Positions 1-8,920 of a stretch of DNA of 42,244 bases are shown here, piece after piece. Under the pieces are notes generated by a model that worked only from the letters and a program-made list of their open reading frames with translations, had not been told where the DNA came from and did no database searches. Every line of letters starts with the position of its first letter. The first letter of the stretch is position 1. The DNA lies in assembly GCA_937864265.1 (NCBI GenBank), contig CALMIR010000029.1:1-42244 (forward strand), given 5' to 3'. The translations under genes were made by a program, and so were the position numbers. The stretch is from an uncultured Saprospirales bacterium. Lineage in GTDB: Bacteria; Bacteroidota; Bacteroidia; Chitinophagales; Saprospiraceae.

Positions 1-53
1 GTGGAATACTTTGTATCTCATATTACGAATTTAATTTTTTGTCGGGTCAAGTA

Positions 54-953
54 ATGAAATACAGTACCTTGTTTGCAGCAGCCCTGGCAGGGGTAATCAG
101 CGCTTGTAGTTATTCCGGTAACAGCAGTTCACCGGATATGGGCAATATGGCCAAAGAAGAAAGCATGGACTATGAGGGAGAGGCCTTTGCCGACCAATCC
201 CAGCAGCCGACTGCTACGCCGGAGGAACAGCCGAGTCCGGTTGCCAAAGACCCTGTCCAAATTCCTCGTCAGATCATCAAAACAGCGGATTACCGCATCC
301 AGGTCAAAGATGTCAATAAAAGCGCGCAGCAGGCGCAAGCATTGGCGACCCGCTACGGCGGCGTAGTGACCAACGCCGAACTGAACAATTCCAGCTACGA
401 AATTACCAACCGCCTGACCATTCGGGTGCCTGCGGGGCGCTTCGACTCCCTGCTGAACGACCTGGGCCAGGAAGCCATGTTTACCCAATACAAGCGGGTC
501 AGTTCGCAGGATGTGACGGAGGAGTACGTGGACATTTCCATCCGCCTGCAAACCAAAAAGGAAGTGCGCGACCGCTACGTGGACATTTTGCGCGACAAGG
601 CCAAAACGGTAGAAGAAGTGCTGAAAGCAGAAGAACAAATTCGGGTCATACAAGAAGAAATCGAAGCCCAGGAAGGCCGCCTGCGTTTTCTGCAAAATCA
701 GGTCGCCATGAGTACCATCAACCTGGAGCTTTTCCAGCAAATGGAATACCAACCCGAACCCAATGTCTATCACCGCTCGTTTGGTTCCAAATTGATGGAA
801 AGTCTGCAAGACGGCTGGAGCCTCCTCCAGGAACTGGTTTTGTTGCTCATCCGCATATGGCCTTTACTGCTAATCGGTGGCCTGATCTGGTGGCGGCGAC
901 GCTGGATATGGAAGCGCAGCGGGGAGTGGATGCAGCGCCGTAAAAAAGAGTGA
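54..953 (+). CDS. DUF4349-family lipoprotein with C-terminal transmembrane anchor
   Basis: ORF 39..953. The likely start is MKY at 54, followed by a lipoprotein signal (LFAAALAGVISAC). The central region has the DUF4349-like pattern IRVP..F..L...L, a coiled segment and a C-terminal hydrophobic helix. The region is GC-rich by eye. Confidence 0.55.
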   Translation: MKYSTLFAAALAGVISACSYSGNSSSPDMGNMAKEESMDYEGEAFADQSQQPTATPEEQPSPVAKDPVQIPRQIIKTADYRIQVKDVNKSAQQAQALATRYGGVVTNAELNNSSYEITNRLTIRVPAGRFDSLLNDLGQEAMFTQYKRVSSQDVTEEYVDISIRLQTKKEVRDRYVDILRDKAKTVEEVLKAEEQIRVIQEEIEAQEGRLRFLQNQVAMSTINLELFQQMEYQPEPNVYHRSFGSKLMESLQDGWSLLQELVLLLIRIWPLLLIGGLIWWRRRWIWKRSGEWMQRRKKE

Positions 954-1245
954 TTTAAAGGGTCTTAGTGCGCTTGGCCATTTCCTCAGGCCAAAGATCC
1001 CGGCAGATGCAACATTTTTGCTTTGCCGGGGTTATAGCGTTGGTAATTGGGTAAACGCTTGCGGCGGGGCGTTTTAGGATGATTGGAGCTATTTAATTGT
1101 ATTTCAATGGCTTACGGCAAGTAGTCAGCTTCCAACATAATGGATATACACGCTCCCGGTGTCCATCGGGGTGGTGGGGTAGTGTAAGGTGCAATGCGTG
1201 AGTAGGGTAGTTAGGCGAGATTTTATAAATCGGAAATATCAACCA

Positions 1246-3024
1246 ATGAATAAAATATTTATTATCCTAATGCTCCTATCGAGCAACTTTTGTGCGTTGG
1301 CCCAACAAAATACCTTTGTGAAATTCAGGGTTGATGCCTCATCTCTAAAAAACATCACCAATTTTGGCATTAGAGGAAATGTTAGCCCACTAAGTTGGGA
1401 AAAAACGGTACCGTTACAAGATGTCGATAAAGACGGAATTTATGAAGGAGAATTAAGTTTCCCAAACAACATTGAAATATTAGAATACAAGTATGTTTAT
1501 GGTGAAAAGGCCTTAATTTGGGAATTGGAGGCCCAAAATAGAATTTTGTTTATAGACAATGAGCAAATTCAAGCTAACGATATTTGGAATGTTCAAAGCC
1601 AATTTGATGTCAAGAAACTACCCAAGTTAAGTGCTGAAAAACTTACAGAAGATTTCAGTATTTTCAAAAAAGCACTCTTGGAAATACACCCGGGGCTTTA
1701 TAGATACAACACTAAAAACCAAATAGACTCAATTTTTAACCATTTCCAGAATGAATTTTCAAAGCCATTGACCTATCAAGAGGCTTTTTTAAATTTTACT
1801 AAAATAACTTCAGCTATAAAATGCGGACATACTTTCCCAAGTTTTTATAACCAAATCGGTTTTATCAAAGAGGTTGTGCTTCATCAAAAAGATAAATTAC
1901 CTTTCACTTTCCGGGTTTTAGGTGAGAAAATATTTATTACGGAAAGTGTAATTGAAAATTTCGACATACCGCGGGGTGCTGAAATAGTGGCTATCAACGG
2001 CATATCTACTCAAACTATATTAAAAGAAACCGCAAAATTGGTAAAGGCTGATGGCGCTAACGATGGTAAACGGTATGCAGACCTCAACACATTTGGTATT
2101 GGAGGCTATTTTGAAATGTTTGATTGCTATTTTCCTTTGTTGTATCCCCCTACCAATGGGCAATACACCGTCGAAATAAAAAGACCTGACAGTGAAAAAA
2201 CAGAAGAATTGACGGTGGGTACAGTAAGTAGTGCAGAAAGAACGAATACTTTAATCAAAAAGAACCCAAACCATATTACCAATGCAGACCAACTTTGGAA
2301 ATTGGAATTTTGGGATAACAATACGGCATATCTTCAATTAGGAACTTTTGATGTATTTCAACTGTCGTTTGATTGGAGCGAATTTTTGAAAAACGCATTC
2401 CAAGAAATCAAAAAACGCAAAATAAAGGACTTAGTCATTGATATTCGCTGGAACGAAGGCGGACAAGATGAAGTGTTGTTTTTTATAGGACAAAACATGA
2501 CCAAGCAACCCATTAAAATCCCTCAAAGGCAAGATTTAGTAAGATACAATAAAATATCAGCCGAATTAAAACCATATTTGTTCACTTGGGACAATTCTTT
2601 TTTTGACCTAAGTTCAAAGACTAAGCCTTTAAATAACGGATATTTTCTATTTACTGGGCAAAATATTACTGAAATACAGCCTTTAAAAAATGCTTTTGAC
2701 GGCAATGTCTATTTATTAGTGAATGCTTCAAATAGTTCTGCTACTTTTTATTTTGCCGAAATAGCTAAAGAAAACAAGTTGGCAACGCTTATTGGAGAAA
2801 CCACAGGTGGAAGCCAAAAAGGACTGAATGCAGGAACAATGTTTTTCCTGCGCTTACCTAACTCAAATATTGAGATAGATATTCCTATCATCGGATCTTT
2901 TTCAGAAGACAAACCCTCAGAAGGAATTGTACCAGATGTAATTGTGAAACCGACATTCGAAGACTTAATCAATGGTGAGGATAAAACCTTAACAACCACT
3001 AAAACGATTATCCTAAAAAAGTAA
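1246..3024 (+). CDS. S41-family (tail-specific protease-like) peptidase with N-terminal CBM20-like beta-sandwich domain
   Basis: ORF 1189..3024. The internal Met at 1246 gives a clean signal peptide (MNKIFIILMLLSSNFCALAQQ). The N-terminal ~100 aa follow the CBM20 starch-binding pattern (FVKFRV..GNVSPLSW..PL....W...L..P....EYKYV.....IWE...NR). The C-terminal part has S41 motifs (LVIDIRWNEGG, LVNASNSSATFYFAE). AT-rich. Confidence 0.6.
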   Translation: MNKIFIILMLLSSNFCALAQQNTFVKFRVDASSLKNITNFGIRGNVSPLSWEKTVPLQDVDKDGIYEGELSFPNNIEILEYKYVYGEKALIWELEAQNRILFIDNEQIQANDIWNVQSQFDVKKLPKLSAEKLTEDFSIFKKALLEIHPGLYRYNTKNQIDSIFNHFQNEFSKPLTYQEAFLNFTKITSAIKCGHTFPSFYNQIGFIKEVVLHQKDKLPFTFRVLGEKIFITESVIENFDIPRGAEIVAINGISTQTILKETAKLVKADGANDGKRYADLNTFGIGGYFEMFDCYFPLLYPPTNGQYTVEIKRPDSEKTEELTVGTVSSAERTNTLIKKNPNHITNADQLWKLEFWDNNTAYLQLGTFDVFQLSFDWSEFLKNAFQEIKKRKIKDLVIDIRWNEGGQDEVLFFIGQNMTKQPIKIPQRQDLVRYNKISAELKPYLFTWDNSFFDLSSKTKPLNNGYFLFTGQNITEIQPLKNAFDGNVYLLVNASNSSATFYFAEIAKENKLATLIGETTGGSQKGLNAGTMFFLRLPNSNIEIDIPIIGSFSEDKPSEGIVPDVIVKPTFEDLINGEDKTLTTTKTIILKK

Positions 3025-3140
3025 AAATGCGCCTAAAACTGGCTTCCTGTCCCTGCCACCGAACATAGGATCCGCATACTGATCACTATCGGGACAATGC
3101 AGGGGCAAGCTAAACCGTCCACCAATCAAAAGCACAACTC

Positions 3141-4043
3141 ATGAAACAGCTTCTTTTTTTATTTTTTATTGGTTTTTTAGGCATTACCTGCGATTCACCG
3201 GAACAGATAATCGTTAATACCCGGTTGGGCTATGATGAAAACTTTGTGGAAGTCGATGCTTTGATGGAGGCTATCTATAGTAGATTGGATCAATTTGGGT
3301 TTAGCGATCATAAGGTGTTAAAGGGGGGAAATGGAGAGATCATTGTTGCAGCCACGATTGTCAAAAGCAGGCTGAATTTTTATAATTCGTTGTTGCAGCC
3401 TAAGTCTTTGGAGCTATGGAATACTTTTAGGGTAACGGATGATGCGATTTTTGAAAAAACCAATGGCAAATTAAATATCGAAGGTCTAAAACCATATTAT
3501 GAATTTGAACAAGGAATGTACCCCAGAGAAGTTATTGGGGCATGCAGTAACGAGTCGGAATTAATGCGCATTCAAGCTGCGTTAGAAGATAGCTTAAGCA
3601 GTATAAAAGATCTGAAATTGGTTTGGTCGAAAGACCCCCAGGAACACAACGAAGATGAGTATTTACTGTACATGATAGACACCAAAGGAGCGGCATTGGC
3701 ACCGATTTCAGAAAAGGATGTAGCAAGCTCAACCCTTTCAAAAGGGATGTCCTCTGAAGAGTATGCTGTGAATTTTAAATTAAATGAAAGAGGGACAGCT
3801 ATCTGGAGCGAGATGACCCAAAGCGCTGCGATGGATGACAATCGGGCAATCGCAATAGTAGTAGGTGGAAGGGTGCTGAGTTGCCCTCGGGTGATGAGTC
3901 CAATTCTATCCGGAAGCTGCCAAATCACAGGAGGGTTTACGCGTGAAGAAGCAGAACATTTGGAAGAGGTCATGATGATCGAAAGGTATGCTCAAGAATT
4001 GAAAATCATTAGCCAGGAGGTGAAATCTTTGGAAGAAAATTGA
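3141..4043 (+). CDS. Lipoprotein with SecD/SecDF P1-head-like domain
   Basis: Lipobox LGITCDS. The C-terminal segment AIAIVVGGRVLSCPRVMSPILSGSCQITGGFTREEAEHL resembles the conserved SecD periplasmic head motif (LDGKVLSAPVI..ITGG.AQISGNFT.EEA.DLA). No SecD transmembrane region is present. Confidence 0.45.
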   Translation: MKQLLFLFFIGFLGITCDSPEQIIVNTRLGYDENFVEVDALMEAIYSRLDQFGFSDHKVLKGGNGEIIVAATIVKSRLNFYNSLLQPKSLELWNTFRVTDDAIFEKTNGKLNIEGLKPYYEFEQGMYPREVIGACSNESELMRIQAALEDSLSSIKDLKLVWSKDPQEHNEDEYLLYMIDTKGAALAPISEKDVASSTLSKGMSSEEYAVNFKLNERGTAIWSEMTQSAAMDDNRAIAIVVGGRVLSCPRVMSPILSGSCQITGGFTREEAEHLEEVMMIERYAQELKIISQEVKSLEEN

Positions 4044-4151
4044 AACCGACCATCTCAGTGTATATGACTTACCCCCAAAGAAAATAGCATGCTCCATCCA
4101 TCCGCTGCCTCCAATTGAGGCATGAACCAGCTACTTTTTTGCTTCGTATCG

Positions 4152-4385
4152 CAGAAAAATTAAGTTCCCGATTTGTCCTTACCCTAGCGGGCTAAACGGT
4201 TCATTTTAAGTGTGTCTGCTAGGGTAAGGACTTTGATAAATTGGGAAGTAATTTTTTGCACACTACTAATCAGAAAAATTAAGTTCCCGATTTTGTCCTT
4301 ACCCTAGCGGGCTAAACGGTTCATTTTAAGTGTGTTCGCTAGGGTAAGGACTTTGATAAATTGGGAAGTAATTTTTTGCACACTA
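4152..4385. repeat. Tandem direct repeat of 2 x ~115 bp at 119-bp period, each copy containing a 14-bp perfect inverted repeat
   Basis: Copy A is 4152..4265 and copy B is 4271..4385. They are near-identical, differing by a 1-nt indel and a CT/TC swap. Each copy has the stem gtccttaccctagc / gctagggtaaggac (e.g. 4175-4188 with 4218-4231) around a ~29-nt loop. The pair lies between a + gene end (4043) and a + gene start (4471). Confidence 0.8.
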
Positions 4386-4470
4386 TTTAGGGTCACCTAT
4401 TTTAGATATTTTTGGATTGTGATTCCGAAAATATCTGATATTTTTGGAGTACTAATCCAAAAAAAGCGAT

Positions 4471-5697
4471 ATGCTAAAAACCAGAAAGCTGTTAGACGCC
4501 GTGAGGGATCACCTCCCCGATAAGCGATACACTATTATCACAGGTGCTCGCCAAGTTGGAAAAACTTCTTTGCTGCGCCTCCTTTTTCAAGAACTGAAGC
4601 TGCAAAAAGTACCCGTTTTTTTGCTTTCCTTCGAAGACAGTCGTGTATTGGAAGCCATCAATGAGCATCCTGATCGCATCTTTCAATTTCTCCCAATGCT
4701 GCCCCTACCCATTCTTGATGGCATTGCCCCGGAAAGAATGTACTTAATGATTGATGAAATCCAATATGCTAAAGACCCGACCAACTGCTTGAAATTCCTT
4801 TTTGATAAATACGAAGATAACCTAAAAATAATAGCTACAGGTAGCAGCGCTTTTTATATCGACAGAAAGTTTAAAGATTCGCTGGCGGGAAGAAAACGGG
4901 TTTTCAACCTGCTTCCACTGTCATTTGACGAATTTATCGCATTCAAAGATGCCCAGCAAGTATTAGAAGAGCTGGTGTTATTGCGTTTGCGCAAGGATTA
5001 CCAATCAACGCAGCAGGTTTTTCTAAAAAATTTGTTCTACGAATACCTGAGCTATGGGGGCTATCCTGCCGTGGTATTGGAAAAAAACGATCAGGAAAAA
5101 AAATACCTGCTGGAAGAACTGAAAAATGCCTACGTCAAAAGGGATATCCTGGAATCGAGTGTGGCTATGGAACACAAATTTTACCTGCTGTTTCAAATTT
5201 TGGCCGATCAAATTGGCAACCTGGTAAATAAACACGAATTGGCCAAAATCATTCAAGTGGACGACAAAACAATCGATCATTATCTGTACGTCCTCGAAAA
5301 ATGCTATCACCTCCATTTGATCAAGCCTTTTTTTCGCAATGTGCAAAAGGAATTGACCAAAATGCCTAAAGTTTATTTCAATGATTTGGGATTGAGAAAC
5401 GCTTTATTAAACCGATATGGAGATGTAAATAATCGCTCAGACAAAGGTGCCCTTTTGGAAAATTACTACTTTTCTCAATTCAGGCATCAGTGCCATCTGG
5501 ATCAGATTCATTTCTGGCGCACGGCTGACGGGCAAGAAATTGATTTAATTTTGGAAGAAAGTTTTGAAACAGGAAATGCATATGAAGTAAAATGGAATAA
5601 AGAAAAATTCCATCCTGCCAAATACGACAAATTCCTTTCTGCCTACCAGGGCTTCACTTTAGCCTGCCTCGATGAGGAAGCATTTTGGAAGATATGA
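4471..5697 (+). CDS. AAA+ ATPase of the DUF4143 family (COG1373-like ATP-binding protein)
   Basis: Walker A TGARQVGKTSLL near the N-terminus and Walker B-like LMIDEIQY. Length (~400 aa) and C-terminal region are typical of DUF4143 ATPases. Confidence 0.75.
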   Translation: MLKTRKLLDAVRDHLPDKRYTIITGARQVGKTSLLRLLFQELKLQKVPVFLLSFEDSRVLEAINEHPDRIFQFLPMLPLPILDGIAPERMYLMIDEIQYAKDPTNCLKFLFDKYEDNLKIIATGSSAFYIDRKFKDSLAGRKRVFNLLPLSFDEFIAFKDAQQVLEELVLLRLRKDYQSTQQVFLKNLFYEYLSYGGYPAVVLEKNDQEKKYLLEELKNAYVKRDILESSVAMEHKFYLLFQILADQIGNLVNKHELAKIIQVDDKTIDHYLYVLEKCYHLHLIKPFFRNVQKELTKMPKVYFNDLGLRNALLNRYGDVNNRSDKGALLENYYFSQFRHQCHLDQIHFWRTADGQEIDLILEESFETGNAYEVKWNKEKFHPAKYDKFLSAYQGFTLACLDEEAFWKI

Positions 5698-6008
5698 AAT
5701 CCATACTAGTCGAACATTTCTATTTTTTTGCCGAATAAAATGGTAAATTTATCCGCAGCAACCGCATAATTGCAACATCACCCGAATGAAACAGTTACTT
5801 GAAAAGGACACAAAGAACAAATCGTTAAACCATTGATCCTTTGTAACCTACCTTCCGCACACTTAGTGAAAAGTAGTGTTGTTTTCTCGTAACATTTTCC
5901 AAATCAACGCGATTAATGATTGCCCCACACATTGTGTGGAAAATCAAAGCCGATTGTTACCGCTTGTTCATGCTGAGCAAGCAGGATCAAATGCAATATC
6001 ATCCTAAA

Positions 6009-6650
6009 ATGACTGAACTCCTTCAAGCCGCCCTCGAACCTGTTAACCTCTTCTACACGACCTTACTGGCTATGGTTTTGCTGTACTGGCTTTCTGTAAT
6101 GCTCGGTGCGCTGGACATCAGTGCACTGGATTTTGATCTGGACACAGCCGATGCCGACGTAGATGCCGACCTGCATGGAGGGGGAAGTTGGTTGGCTGGG
6201 GTGCTCCATTTCTTTAATTTTGGTCGCTTGCCCTTTATGGTCGTTATGAGCGTTGTCGTATTGGCCGCCTGGTGTCTGGCCATCTTAGGCAATTACTACA
6301 TCGGGCAACATACCTGGGGCTTCGCTTTGGCTACCTTTTTGCCCATCATTTTCGCAAGCTTGGTGTTGGCCAAGCTCATCACCGCGCCACTCGTCCCGCT
6401 GTTTGCCCACTTGGACGGCACGGTTCAGGAAGTGGACTATATCGGCCAAGTATGCCAAATCCGCCTACCCGCCAATGCGGAAAAATTCGGCCAGGCCGAA
6501 GTACAGATCGACGGCGACTGGTTGCTCATCCATGTAAAGACCGAAACCCAGGAAATGGCATTGCGCAGCGGCGAACAAGCCCTAGTCGTAGGCAAAACGC
6601 CTGATGGTCGGTACTACCTCGTGCGCCGATTGGAGGATGACAAGGACTGA
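6009..6650 (+). CDS. NfeD/YqiJ-like inner membrane protein (flotillin partner, OB-fold C-terminus)
   Basis: ORF 5916..6650. The Met at 6009 gives an N-terminus typical of YqiJ-type proteins (MTELLQAALEPVNLFYTTLLAMVLLYW, then the acidic DFDLDTADADVDAD stretch). Several TM helices follow, then a C-terminal beta-rich segment (AEVQIDGDWLLIHVKTE..ALVVGKTPDGRYYLV) resembling the NfeD OB-fold. Sits 71 bp upstream of a flotillin gene. GC-rich. Confidence 0.6.
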   Translation: MTELLQAALEPVNLFYTTLLAMVLLYWLSVMLGALDISALDFDLDTADADVDADLHGGGSWLAGVLHFFNFGRLPFMVVMSVVVLAAWCLAILGNYYIGQHTWGFALATFLPIIFASLVLAKLITAPLVPLFAHLDGTVQEVDYIGQVCQIRLPANAEKFGQAEVQIDGDWLLIHVKTETQEMALRSGEQALVVGKTPDGRYYLVRRLEDDKD

Positions 6651-6721
6651 TAAGCTGGGCAGCAGCCCCCCATCAGCCACTAATTTTTGCCAATAAAATT
6701 TTAACCCTAAATAGTACTTTC

Positions 6722-8809
6722 ATGAACTTTTTCCTAGTTATTGAACCCCTGTTTATCGCCGTAGCCATCGGTTTGATGGTCGTTGTATTGGGCATCTTTT
6801 TTGCCATAGCAAGTTGGTATAAAAAAGTGCCTCAGGGCAAGGCCATTATTGCCACCGGATTTCGGGGCACCCGCGTTGCCTTTGAAAATGGCTTGATGGT
6901 CATCCCCGTTTTCGAAATGCACGAGCAAATGGATTTGTCCGTAAAAACGGTCGAGATCAGCCGAATGAAAGAAGATGGTTTGATTTGCAAAGACAACATC
7001 CGCGCCGACATCAAAGTCGTTTTCTTTGTGCGCATCAACAAAGACGCCACCGACATCAAGAAAGTGGCCCAGTCCATCGGCTGTCAGCGCGCTTCCGATT
7101 ACGAAACCCTGCGCGAACTCTTTGAAGCCAAATTCTCCGAGGCCATCAAAACCGTGGGCAAACGCTTCGACTTTGTCGAGCTATACGACAACCGCGAAAA
7201 GTTCAACGCCGAAATCCAAAACACCATTGGCGAATACCTCAACGGCTACAAACTGGATGATGTGGCCATCGACTACCTGGAGCAAACCGACCTGAGTTAC
7301 CTAAAGGAAAACAACATCCTCGACGCGGAAGGTATCAAGAAAATCGCCGAACTGACCGCAGCCCAAAAGGTAAAAGCCAACTTCATCCGCCGGGAAGAAG
7401 AAAAAACCATCAAAGAACAAAACGTTGAGGCCCGCGAAGCCATCCTCGAATACGAACGCCAATTGGCCGAAAAGGAAGAGCGACAGCGCCGTGAAATAGC
7501 CAACGTCAAAGCCCGCGAAGAGGCTGAAATAGCCAAAATTCGCGAAGAGGAGCGCCTGCGTGCCGAAATGGTACGTATCCGCACCGAAGAAGAACTGGCC
7601 ATCGCCGAAGAAAACAAAATGCGCCAGGTGATCGTGGCCGCCAAAAATAAAGAACGCACCGAAGCCGTAGAAAACGAGCGCGTGGAAAAAGACCGCATGC
7701 TGGAGCAAACCGAGCGCGAAAAGATCGTTTCGCTGGCCGAAATCGAGAAACAACGCGCCATCGAACAGGAAAAGAAAACCATCCAAGATGTGATCCGCGA
7801 CCGCATCATGGTGGAGAAAAAAGTGGTCGAAGAAGAAGAAAAAATCAAAGACACCCGCGTGTTGGCAGAAGCAGAGCGCTCCAGACAAAAGACCGTCATC
7901 GAGTCCACCGCTTTGGGTGAAGCCGGTATTATTGAAAAACAAAAAGCCGCTGAAGGCCAAAAACTGGCTGCTGAAATCTACGCCCAAACTATGCTGGTAG
8001 AAGCTGAAGCCAAAAAGAATGCCTCCGAGAAAGAAGCCGAAGCCCGTAAAATCATAGCCGAAGCCCGCGCCAAAGAAGAAGCTACCATCGGTATGTCAGA
8101 AGCACAGGTAACAGAAGCCAAAGCCAAAGCCCGCGAACTGGAAGGCAACGTAGAGGCCAATGTGCTGGAGAAAAAATCGCTGGCCGAGGCCCGCAGCATC
8201 GAAGCCAAAACCGAAGCCCTGCGCAAACAAGGCCTGATGGAAGCCCAGGTATTGGAAGAAAAAGGCGGCAAAGAAGCCAAAGTATTGGAAGAAAAGCTGA
8301 TTGCCGAAGCCCGTGGTGTGGAACAAAAGGCCAAAGCCATGAAACAACTCGACGGCGTGGGCAAGGATCACGAAGAGTTCAAACTCCGACTGGAAAAAGA
8401 GAAAGCCATCGAAATGGCCTCCATCAACGTGCAGAAAGATGTTGCTCAAGCTCAGGCTACCGTGCTCGCCGAAGCCCTGAAAAATGCCAAAATTGACATC
8501 ATAGGCGGTGAAATGCAGTTTGTCAACTCCATCCTCAACGCTGTAAACCGGGGCAAAACCCTGGATCAACTGGTGGACAACAGCCGCCACTTGGGTGATG
8601 TCAAAACGGCGCTGTTGGGCAATGGTCAAAACCATGGCAATGATGGTTTCTTGTCCAGAATAACCCAACTGGCTACCAAAGCCGGCCTTTCTGCCGATGA
8701 CCTTAAAAATCTTTCCCTCGCCGCCCTGCTGACCCGCGTTAGCAAATTTGCCAGCAAGCAGGAACGCGCCCTTTTCCAACAATTATTGGGAACGGAAGGC
8801 GAGCAGTAA
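6722..8809 (+). CDS. Flotillin-family (SPFH/band-7) protein with long Glu/Ala/Lys-rich coiled-coil
   Basis: N-terminal TM helix followed by the SPFH start (YKKVPQGKAIIATGFRGTRVAFENGLMVIPVFE). About 350 aa of EA/EK-rich coiled-coil typical of bacterial flotillins (YqiK/FloT-like). GC-rich. Confidence 0.85.
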   Translation: MNFFLVIEPLFIAVAIGLMVVVLGIFFAIASWYKKVPQGKAIIATGFRGTRVAFENGLMVIPVFEMHEQMDLSVKTVEISRMKEDGLICKDNIRADIKVVFFVRINKDATDIKKVAQSIGCQRASDYETLRELFEAKFSEAIKTVGKRFDFVELYDNREKFNAEIQNTIGEYLNGYKLDDVAIDYLEQTDLSYLKENNILDAEGIKKIAELTAAQKVKANFIRREEEKTIKEQNVEAREAILEYERQLAEKEERQRREIANVKAREEAEIAKIREEERLRAEMVRIRTEEELAIAEENKMRQVIVAAKNKERTEAVENERVEKDRMLEQTEREKIVSLAEIEKQRAIEQEKKTIQDVIRDRIMVEKKVVEEEEKIKDTRVLAEAERSRQKTVIESTALGEAGIIEKQKAAEGQKLAAEIYAQTMLVEAEAKKNASEKEAEARKIIAEARAKEEATIGMSEAQVTEAKAKARELEGNVEANVLEKKSLAEARSIEAKTEALRKQGLMEAQVLEEKGGKEAKVLEEKLIAEARGVEQKAKAMKQLDGVGKDHEEFKLRLEKEKAIEMASINVQKDVAQAQATVLAEALKNAKIDIIGGEMQFVNSILNAVNRGKTLDQLVDNSRHLGDVKTALLGNGQNHGNDGFLSRITQLATKAGLSADDLKNLSLAALLTRVSKFASKQERALFQQLLGTEGEQ

Positions 8810-8816
8810 GGGTAAG

Positions 8817-8915
8817 TAGTTTCTGGTTTCAAGTTTCTGGTTTCTGGTTTCAAGTTTCAGGTTTCAGGTTTCTGGAACTAGAAACTTGAAACCAGAAACC
8901 TGAAACCAAAAAAAA
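8817..8915. repeat. Heptamer repeat array (GTTTCWR x8) followed by four inverted heptamers (hairpin-forming) and an A8 run
   Basis: Forward units: gtttctg gtttcaa gtttctg gtttctg gtttcaa gtttcag gtttcag gtttctg. Then aactagaaac ttgaaac cagaaac ctgaaac c, then aaaaaaaa. Occupies nearly the whole 111-bp gap between flotillin and the giant gene. Confidence 0.75.
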
Positions 8916-8920
8916 GTTCT

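Noticed and set aside
129-809. 226-aa minus-strand ORF and 64-aa plus-strand ORF inside the DUF4349 gene
   Set aside because: Antisense or alternative-frame ORFs within a GC-rich gene. No protein features.
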